Of a stretch of 58,074 bases of DNA, positions 52,019 through 58,074 are shown piece after piece. Each line of letters starts with the position of its first letter. Position 1 is the stretch's first letter. The stretch is from Minisyncoccota bacterium (GTDB lineage: Bacteria; Patescibacteriota; Minisyncoccia; 2-02-FULL-40-12; GWA2-44-9): positions 1 through 58,074 of the forward strand of contig JBBDZW010000047.1 in NCBI GenBank assembly GCA_040899895.1. Direction: 5' to 3'. The notes under the pieces were generated by a model. It searched no databases. It saw nothing but the letters and a program-made list of their open reading frames with translations, and was not told where the DNA came from. The translations under genes and the position numbers were made by a program.

Positions 52019-52039
52019 TTTACATTTTACATTTTACAT
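52019..52039. repeat. (TTTACAT)x3 heptamer repeat between pilM and pilN
   Basis: Three perfect units. The same tttaca(t/c) motif recurs in the nusA-upstream array. Confidence 0.8.
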
Positions 52040-52044
52040 TTCTG

Positions 52045-53121
52045 TCACAGTTCTCTCATAGCTAGTCCCGTGGCGATTGTGAAGGCGTTTGCGAGTTCTT
52101 GAATGACGGGGCTTAATTGTTGGGGGTAAATGATCCTGGCAAAAGCGTTGGCGCCGTAAATTTCGAGGTTTAGTTTCTTTTTGAAGTACTCCATAAAGTG
52201 GGGCATATTGGCCAAACCGCCAACCAGAAGTATTTTGGATATTTTTATATTCTTTGAGCTTTCGTAATTGGAAAGAGTTTTTTTTGTTTCAAAAACCATC
52301 ATATCAACCAGCGACATCATTGCTTCGTTAACAATATTTTCATCTGACTGTTCCAACCCAATTTTGCGTTTTAACTCCTCGGCTTTTTCCAAACTGACAT
52401 TAAGGGAGCGGGCGATTGATTTTGTTATTTCAAATCCACCCACTTCGTAATTGTGACTGACTCTTTCATAACCCTTGTTTATTATGACGATTGAAGTGCT
52501 TCTGCCACCAATGTTGACGATGGCCGTCGGTGAAAGGTCATTGCCAAGCAGAGCTCTTATAAGGGCGGTGTTTTCCAGTTCTAATGCCCGAAGATTTAAT
52601 CCGGCCCCTTTCATTATTCTTTGATAGCGAGCGGTTTCATCTTTTGGGACGGCGGCGACGAAAACCTCTACGGTTGCCGGTTTGGAACCAATGTTGTTGG
52701 TTGTGTTTGGATTAGAAATGTCTATGATAGACCAGTCTAAAATAACCTCATTTAGGGGAATTGGGATATATTTTTTTGCCTCAAACGGCAAAGCCTTGGC
52801 CAAATCCTGTTCAGAAAGATAAGGCATTTCTATTATTGTGCTGAAAGTTGAAAAGGCCGGAATAGAAGACACAACATCGGTGGACTTGATTGAGCCTTTT
52901 TTAATAACTTCTCTTATTCCCCAGATTATTTCTTCGTCCGGAAGTTTTAAAATTCCCCTCCCGGCCGTCGCCGAGGAATTGGAAACTCCGCTCTTAAGTT
53001 CAAAGAGGCCATAATTGGATAATTCAAACCGAGGCCCCCTCTTTTGAAGTTCCACCAATTTAATTGAAGCGGTGCCAATATCAATTCCCAGTTTGCCTTT
53101 TTCTTTGAAAAGATTAAACAT
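52045..53121 (-). CDS. pilM: PilM (actin-like ATPase of the pilus alignment complex)
   Basis: Start set to ATG 53121 (MFNLFKEKGKLGIDIGTASIKLVEL). Actin/FtsA-like phosphate-binding motifs. Confidence 0.85.
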   Translation of the reverse strand: MFNLFKEKGKLGIDIGTASIKLVELQKRGPRFELSNYGLFELKSGVSNSSATAGRGILKLPDEEIIWGIREVIKKGSIKSTDVVSSIPAFSTFSTIIEMPYLSEQDLAKALPFEAKKYIPIPLNEVILDWSIIDISNPNTTNNIGSKPATVEVFVAAVPKDETARYQRIMKGAGLNLRALELENTALIRALLGNDLSPTAIVNIGGRSTSIVIINKGYERVSHNYEVGGFEITKSIARSLNVSLEKAEELKRKIGLEQSDENIVNEAMMSLVDMMVFETKKTLSNYESSKNIKISKILLVGGLANMPHFMEYFKKKLNLEIYGANAFARIIYPQQLSPVIQELANAFTIATGLAMREL

Positions 53122-53148
53122 AACTACATTATTTAGTATAACAGCAAT

Positions 53149-53811
53149 ATGAACAGAAATTACCCACAGCACATATTAAAATTTGTAATGGATGCTGTTT
53201 TCCCGATTCGTTGTATTGATTGCGGAGTTTTTGAGTCTTATTTTTGCAATTCCTGTCTGGCCGGAGTGAAAATAAAAAATGATTCGGAAATTGTCGGGCA
53301 AGTTCACCTTTTCTCTGTTGCCGGTTATGGCGGTAAAAACATAGAAAAAGCAATCAAGATCTTCAAGTATGGTTTTGTAAAAGACATGGCCGAGCCCTTG
53401 GTTGAGCTTGTCAGGATTTATATTGATTTAATTTCCGCTCACAATCTCAATGTATTTCGCAACAACCCCGTATTAATTCCGGTTCCACTTCACAAAAAAC
53501 GCCTTAACTGGAGAGGCTTCAATCAGTCGGAAATTTTGGCAGACAATATCGCCCATATATACAACCTTGAGACAAGACGGGATATTTTAATAAGAAACAA
53601 AAATACAGAACCCCAGGCGGAGATAAAAGACAAAGAAACCAGGCTTGTAAATGTAAAAGATTCTTTTGATTGTTCAGAAAATCTTAAAGGAAGAAATATT
53701 GTTCTGATTGATGATCTGTGCACCACCGGCGCTACATTGAACGAATGTGCCAAAGCACTGGCGGCCAAAGGAGCCGGTAAAATAAGGGCTCTCGTCGTTG
53801 CTAGGGGCTGA
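53149..53811 (+). CDS. comFC: ComF-family protein (ComFC, phosphoribosyltransferase fold)
   Basis: N-terminal Cys pairs (CIDCG...CNSC), RGFNQSEILA, PRTase motif IVLIDDLCTTGATL. Confidence 0.85.
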   Translation: MNRNYPQHILKFVMDAVFPIRCIDCGVFESYFCNSCLAGVKIKNDSEIVGQVHLFSVAGYGGKNIEKAIKIFKYGFVKDMAEPLVELVRIYIDLISAHNLNVFRNNPVLIPVPLHKKRLNWRGFNQSEILADNIAHIYNLETRRDILIRNKNTEPQAEIKDKETRLVNVKDSFDCSENLKGRNIVLIDDLCTTGATLNECAKALAAKGAGKIRALVVARG

Positions 53812-53854
53812 AAAATGTGGTAAAATCAGTTGAATTTAGTAAGAGTTGCGTTGA

Positions 53855-53942
53855 GGAGAGGTGCGGCGAATGGTAAGCCAGCGGTTTGCTAAACCGTAAC
53901 CGTGTAAAAAGCGGTTTGTGGGTTCGACTCCCACTCTCTCCG
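53855..53942 (+). tRNA. tRNA-Ser (anticodon GCU), long variable arm
   Basis: Acceptor GGAGAGG/TCTCTCC, anticodon stem GCGGT/ACCGT with loop TTGCTAA, ~20-nt variable arm, T arm GTGGG-TTCGACT-CCCAC, G73. CCA is not encoded. Confidence 0.88.
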
Positions 53943-53943
53943 C

Positions 53944-55593
53944 ATGGCAGATAATGATAAAAACAAGGTCAAACAAATGCGGCCACCCGTAGTGGTCGTT
54001 TTGGGTCATGTTGATCACGGCAAGACCAAGCTTTTGGACACCATCAGAAAATCAAGTGTTGCCGAGAAAGAATCAGGGGGCATTACCCAGCACATCGGCG
54101 CATATCAGGTTGAGATTCCATCGGAATCGAAATCCCGAGAGAATCGAGGGATCCCTCACGATGTTCGGGCCTTCGGCTCTGAGGTCTTCGACCGTGAGGC
54201 TCAGACCGAATCGGCTCAGGCTCGAAGAGATGATTTTTCAATAAATCGAAAAATCACCTTTCTGGATACTCCCGGACATGAGGCTTTCTCCGCCATCCGT
54301 TCCCGTGGAGCCAAGGTTGCCGACATTGCTATTTTGGTTGTTGCCGCTGATGAGAGCGTAAAACCGCAAACCCAGGAAGCCATAAAGATAATCAAGAGTG
54401 AAAAAATACCGTTCATCGTTGCCATAAATAAAATTGATAAAGAAGGCGCAAATACCCAGAAAGTTAAACAAGATTTAGCCGCTGAAGAAGTTTTGGTTGA
54501 AGACTGGGGAGGCACGGTGCCCGTGGTCGAGATATCGGCCAAACAGGGCAAGGGAATAAATGAATTGCTTGAAATGATACATTTGGTTGCTGATCTTGAG
54601 GATCTTCAGGAGGATCTAATCTCCCCTGCCCAAGGACTCATAATTGAATCAAATCTTGATAAGAGAGTTGGGCATGTTGCCACAGCCCTAGTTTATAAAG
54701 GGATACTAAAGATTGGGGATTGGCTTGTTGCCGGGACAGTGATTGGAAAAATAAAAGCCATGGAAGATTTTACGGGTAAGCCGATTCTTCAGGCAAAGCC
54801 ATCCCAGCCGGTCCGAATAATCGGCTGGTCAAAGCCCCCAAATATCGGTATTGAGTTTATTTCCGCTGAAACAAAAGACGAAGTTGTTAAGATTGCCGAA
54901 GACAACGTGAATTTCGCTCCGCTCCTGTCATTTTTTTCAAGCGCCCAAGAAACTCCGGAAAACAAATCTATGCTGAACATCGTTTTTAAATCCGATGTCA
55001 CCAGTTCTCTTGAAGCCATTGACTCTGTTCTTAGGGCTATAAAATCCGAAGATGTCGGATATCGGGTTATCGGACACGATATTGGCAACATCAATGAGGC
55101 AGATGTCAAAACGGCCATTGCCGGACATGGTCAGGTAATAGGTTTTAGGGTTACAGTGGATGAATCCGCCAAAAAACTTGCCGATAGGGAAAATGTGAAG
55201 ATTTCTACGTTTGATGTAATTTACGAGCTTGTTGAATATGTAAGGGAACAGATGGCCGAACTTTTGGGTCCTGTCGTTACCAAGATTTCGCTTGGAAAAC
55301 TCAAGGTTCTTGCTACATTCAAAAAAGATCCCAGGTTTCAGGTCGTCGGCGGACGGGTTCTTTCCGGTAAAGTTGTCAGGGGTTCTTTGGTAGAAGTTAT
55401 CAGAAACGGTTCAGTCATTTGTTTCGGTCGTCTTAGTCAACTTCAGCACAACAAGGAAGATCTCGCAGAAGTAAAAGATGGATTGGAAGCTGGAATTAAA
55501 TTGGAATTGGTTCCCGGCCAACCATTCGGAGAAATTAAAGAGGGTGATATATTGGAGATATACGAGGAGCAGAAGACGAGGAGAACATTATAA
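53944..55593 (+). CDS. infB: translation initiation factor IF-2 (N-terminally minimal, with G-domain insert)
   Basis: G1 GHVDHGKT, G2 GGITQHIG, G3 DTPGHEAF, G4 NKID, and the C-terminal IF2 domains. The G domain starts at residue ~15. Confidence 0.92.
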   Translation: MADNDKNKVKQMRPPVVVVLGHVDHGKTKLLDTIRKSSVAEKESGGITQHIGAYQVEIPSESKSRENRGIPHDVRAFGSEVFDREAQTESAQARRDDFSINRKITFLDTPGHEAFSAIRSRGAKVADIAILVVAADESVKPQTQEAIKIIKSEKIPFIVAINKIDKEGANTQKVKQDLAAEEVLVEDWGGTVPVVEISAKQGKGINELLEMIHLVADLEDLQEDLISPAQGLIIESNLDKRVGHVATALVYKGILKIGDWLVAGTVIGKIKAMEDFTGKPILQAKPSQPVRIIGWSKPPNIGIEFISAETKDEVVKIAEDNVNFAPLLSFFSSAQETPENKSMLNIVFKSDVTSSLEAIDSVLRAIKSEDVGYRVIGHDIGNINEADVKTAIAGHGQVIGFRVTVDESAKKLADRENVKISTFDVIYELVEYVREQMAELLGPVVTKISLGKLKVLATFKKDPRFQVVGGRVLSGKVVRGSLVEVIRNGSVICFGRLSQLQHNKEDLAEVKDGLEAGIKLELVPGQPFGEIKEGDILEIYEEQKTRRTL

Positions 55594-55613
55594 ATCTGAT
55601 CACAAGTGTTGTC

Positions 55614-55643
55614 GCAATATTAATACGGCCGTATTAATATTGC
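55614..55643. repeat. 30-nt perfect palindrome with ACGGCCGT core (family 2, copy 2), possible infB terminator
   Basis: gcaatattaatacgg/ccgtattaatattgc. Homologous to 31914-31948. Confidence 0.8.
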
Positions 55644-55658
55644 ACGTGTATTTTGAAT

Positions 55659-55731
55659 GGTGCAGTGGTGAAGTAGTTAACACGGCGGTCTGCAAAACCG
55701 CTACTCGCGGGTGCAAATCCCGCCTGCACCT
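55659..55731 (+). tRNA. tRNA-Cys (anticodon GCA)
   Basis: Acceptor GGTGCAG/CTGCACC, anticodon stem GCGGT/ACCGC with loop CTGCAAA, T arm GCGGG-TGCAAAT-CCCGC, U73. Confidence 0.88.
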
Positions 55732-55733
55732 CA

Positions 55734-55944
55734 ATGAAAATCATTCTCGTAACCGGCGGATGTGGGTTTATTGGCAGCCATTTTGTCAGACGATTCCAAG
55801 CTCAGAAAGGAGCTCGGCTGGAGGCCCAAATACCGATTGGAGAAGGCATTAGCCCCAACAGTTTGATGGTACGGTGAAAATCCAAAGTGGGTCAAAAGCG
55901 CGCTAAAACGATTGAAGAAAGTAAATCCGCACATAGAGATTTAA
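55734..55944 (+). pseudogene. remnant of an NAD-dependent sugar epimerase/dehydratase (RfbB-like) gene
   Basis: MKIILVTGGCGFIGSHFV (Rossmann GxxGxxG N-terminus) is joined, in a different frame, to SKLRKELGWRPKYRLEKALAPTV*WYGENPKW (family C-terminus with an in-frame TGA). About 270 internal codons are missing. Confidence 0.65.
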
Positions 55945-56003
55945 TGGTAAACGTGTTGATATGTTCTTTGTAAATTAGTTTTCCGTTTGGTATAATTAAC
56001 TTA

Positions 56004-56498
56004 ATGCCACGGAAACGAACATGGACAGTAAACCAACTGGAAGAGGCGGTTAGAACCTCTTTTAGCTATCGAAAAGTTTTATCAAAACTTTGCTTAGTGG
56101 AAGCTGGCGGAAACTATGATCAGATAAAGAAATACACAAAAGAGCTTGGATTAGACACCTCTCATTTTAAGGGTATGGCATGGAATAAGGGATTAAGGGG
56201 TATCGGGAAACCTTTTATACCTCTTGAGAAAATCCTTGTTAAGGGTAGCACCTATCAAAGTTTTAAACTGAAAAATAGATTATTTAAAACAGGATTAAGG
56301 CCGATGCATTGTGAGGAATGTAAATGGTCAAAAACTTCGGACCAGGGACACCTTCCACTGGAGTTGGATCATATTAACGGGGATAGGCACGATAATCGCA
56401 TTGAGAATTTGAGAGTTTTATGTCCGAATTGTCACAGCCTGAAACCTACACATAGAGGAAGGAATAGAAACAAAAACACAAAGAAAATATTTTTATAA
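56004..56498 (+). CDS. HNH homing-type endonuclease
   Basis: HCEECKW...LELDHINGDRHDNRIENLRVLCPNCHS HNH/zinc motif. Its stop codon ends 1 nt before tRNA-Leu. Confidence 0.8.
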   Translation: MPRKRTWTVNQLEEAVRTSFSYRKVLSKLCLVEAGGNYDQIKKYTKELGLDTSHFKGMAWNKGLRGIGKPFIPLEKILVKGSTYQSFKLKNRLFKTGLRPMHCEECKWSKTSDQGHLPLELDHINGDRHDNRIENLRVLCPNCHSLKPTHRGRNRNKNTKKIFL

Positions 56499-56499
56499 T

Positions 56500-56583
56500 G
56501 CCCAGGTGGTGTAATTGGTAGCCACGCATCACTTAAAATGATGTGGGAGAAATCCCGTGCCGGTTCGAGTCCGGCCCTGGGCA
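56500..56583 (+). tRNA. tRNA-Leu (anticodon UAA), long variable arm
   Basis: Acceptor GCCCAGG/CCTGGGC, anticodon stem CATCA/TGATG with loop CTTAAAA, variable arm TGGGAGAAATCCCGT, T arm GCCGG-TTCGAGT-CCGGC, A73. Confidence 0.88.
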
Positions 56584-56625
56584 CACCACGTTGATTTTCC
56601 ATAACGCTTTTGTTAATATGGAGGC

Positions 56626-56871
56626 ATGAAAAAATCACAAACCCAATATTACGTTTCTTATGAACGGGATGCTAAGGGTGGATACATTGCCTCAATTCCG
56701 GCTATCTCTGGCTGCGTTATTTACGGCAAAACACTCAAAGAAGCCCACAAGAACGTGGAGATAGCTGCAAAAGAATGCCTTGAGGTGATACGTGATTTTA
56801 AAAGAAAATCTCCAAAAGAAACTATGGATCTTCAGAATATTAGAAGGTTTTCATTTGTTAAAATTTCATAA
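56626..56871 (+). CDS. hicB: HicB-family antitoxin
   Basis: YYVSYERDAKGGYIASIPAISGCVIYGKTLKEAHKNVEIAAKECLE matches the HicB/UPF0150 RNase-H-like fold signature. Confidence 0.7.
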   Translation: MKKSQTQYYVSYERDAKGGYIASIPAISGCVIYGKTLKEAHKNVEIAAKECLEVIRDFKRKSPKETMDLQNIRRFSFVKIS

Positions 56872-57093
56872 ATGTCACGAGCTAAGCCGATTAGTTATGA
56901 AGTTCTGACAAAGAAACTTCAAAGAGGCGGTTATGTTCCTATAAGGAAAACAAAGCACACAATTTATTTTAACCCAACTAAAGAAGTTACTGTGCCGATT
57001 CCCCACAAACACCAAAGCGACGTGCCAAAAGGTCTCTTACATAAAATCATCAAAGAGATGAAACTGTCGGTGGAAGAATTTAACGAGTTGTAA
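56872..57093 (+). CDS. hicA: HicA-family mRNA interferase toxin
   Basis: 73 aa. The pattern ...KKLQRGGYVPIRKTKHTIYFNP...VTVPIPHKHQSDVPKGLLHKIIKEMKLS is HicA/YcfA-like, including a conserved His. Starts 1 nt after the hicB stop. Confidence 0.7.
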   Translation: MSRAKPISYEVLTKKLQRGGYVPIRKTKHTIYFNPTKEVTVPIPHKHQSDVPKGLLHKIIKEMKLSVEEFNEL

Positions 57094-57178
57094 ATAACCC
57101 GCTAAAAACATCGGCTCGCCTGTCCGCCTCTGGAGGGAACCACATTTTAATTTTGGGGGAAGAAATTTTTTTAATCAT

Positions 57179-57421
57179 ATGAGTCAGGAAAAAAGTTGGC
57201 CAAAAGATTATAGCGATGAAGAGATAAGGGATATAATAGCTGAGGGAAATTCAGCCAAAGCTAATGGTATGGCGAGCTGGAAGGAAGCAGGAATCGTTGA
57301 GTTAGGATTAAGGCAAAAAGTTTCATGGAAAAAATCCGATAGCAGAATGTTTAAACTTTCCATCGCTATTCTTGTTGTCTCGATTTTGGGTTTAGCGGTT
57401 TCCATAATTTTAAATTTATGA
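57179..57421 (+). CDS. hypothetical small protein with C-terminal TM helix
   Basis: 80-aa ORF. 4-nt overlap with the next ORF suggests a small operon. Confidence 0.4.
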   Translation: MSQEKSWPKDYSDEEIRDIIAEGNSAKANGMASWKEAGIVELGLRQKVSWKKSDSRMFKLSIAILVVSILGLAVSIILNL

Positions 57422-57648
57422 TATTTCCAAAATCTATGATTGCGATAAGAGGCTTTCTGCGCGCTCTTTTTGGTTTACCTTATAATGTGGAGCATACAAG
57501 AGAGGCGATTCGGCTTTCCTACAAGAGGCACGTTCTCGCGGCTCAACAAGGAAAAATCCCACTAAGAGAAGGCGAAACTTCTCATACAGCTGGTCTTTAC
57601 GGGGCATTAGCATCGAGATATATGGCCGCCGGTATACCAATTGGTTAA
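57418..57648 (+). CDS. hypothetical small protein
   Basis: 76-aa ORF coupled to its neighbours. No family recognised. Confidence 0.35.
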   Translation: MIFPKSMIAIRGFLRALFGLPYNVEHTREAIRLSYKRHVLAAQQGKIPLREGETSHTAGLYGALASRYMAAGIPIG

Positions 57649-57653
57649 GCAAA

Positions 57654-57890
57654 TTGATAAACGGCACTTTAAGAACCGTAAAAGACGCGAATCCGAACTG
57701 GAATGCAATGGCAACCGAAGTTCTGCTCCATCGAGATATTTACTGGCGAAACTTTTTAGAAAAAGACGTAAACGATCTTTTAGAAAATGAATTTCTAAAA
57801 ATGCTTCCACCAAATGGAGAAATTGCCACGGAAGCATATGCTTTGATGGACGAGGGATTGCGCATAAAAGTTGACGAGTTGAAATCATAG
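57654..57890 (+). CDS. hypothetical small protein (TTG start)
   Basis: 78-aa ORF beginning at TTG, 6 nt after the previous stop. No family recognised. Confidence 0.3.
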   Translation: MINGTLRTVKDANPNWNAMATEVLLHRDIYWRNFLEKDVNDLLENEFLKMLPPNGEIATEAYALMDEGLRIKVDELKS

Positions 57891-58074
57891 AATTAAATTT
57901 GCCGCCAAAGAAAAACTTGTCATGCCAGAGGCATATCCGCCTCTGGCGGAAAATTGTCAGCGGTGCGGCTCTCTAAGCCGTGCGAGGCACGGCCGAGCAA
58001 TAGGCCGCCACCTTTCCGGATTTTCGCGGGGGGATTTTTTCGGAAAAATGCGTTCGGACTAATTCAAGAATACT

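Noticed and set aside
53836-54018. 60-aa - strand ORF
   Set aside because: It is antisense to tRNA-Ser and the 5' end of infB, so it is spurious.
55478-55934. ORFs 55478-55852 (+) and 55731-55934 (-)
   Set aside because: They cross the infB 3' end, tRNA-Cys and the dehydratase remnant. The region is better explained by the tRNA plus a pseudogene.

Overview
AT-rich, gene-dense bacterial chromosome segment, mostly minus-strand operons with many overlapping stop/start codons. The gene content looks like a small-genome CPR/Patescibacteria-type organism, but that assignment is inference only. Four parts stand out. (1) The replication-origin neighbourhood: rpmH-rnpA-yidD-yidC-jag diverging from dnaA-dnaN, with DnaA-box-like sites in the dnaA-dnaN spacer. 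(2) Housekeeping genes: tig, nusA, ruvBC, tyrS, a class A PBP, rsmA, a UvrD/PcrA helicase, cca, gatCA, ligA, infB and a NifS-type desulfurase. Eleven tRNA genes are interspersed among them. (3) A complete secretin-less type IV pilus/competence cluster at about 42.3-53.8 kb: pilMNO, pilB, pilT, pilC, pilA, pilD, four minor pilins and a divergent comFC. A second, orphan PilB-like ATPase lies at 7.7 kb. (4) An 11-gene, tightly coupled type IV secretion-like operon at about 20-31 kb. It has a PrgI/VirB3-like protein, a VirB4 split into two ORFs, a VirB6/TrbL-like protein with a large soluble tail, several exported proteins of unknown family and a PD40 propeller. No coupling protein or relaxase is visible. 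The strongest candidates for something undescribed are listed next. First, a conserved ~120-nt structured leader sits immediately upstream of both pilA and pilC, with a 15-bp closing helix, a decoy ATGAAT and a short MNPxRSS uORF. Second, three paralogous HTH plus LAGLIDADG-like genes, and an HNH endonuclease, are each docked directly 5' of a tRNA gene on the same strand. Third, 7-nt-period tandem repeats occur both between genes and in frame inside essential genes. Fourth, two families of GC-rich palindromic elements are present, some inserted in frame. Fifth, a 165-nt element is bounded by a perfect 21-bp inverted repeat. Sixth, a tRNA-Ser ends 1 nt before the infB start codon. The right end (55.7-58 kb) is a small accessory islet containing a dehydratase gene remnant, an HNH endonuclease, hicBA and three tiny ORFs. 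All coordinates were cross-checked against ORF-track boundaries. All family assignments rest on motifs read by eye, not on searches.
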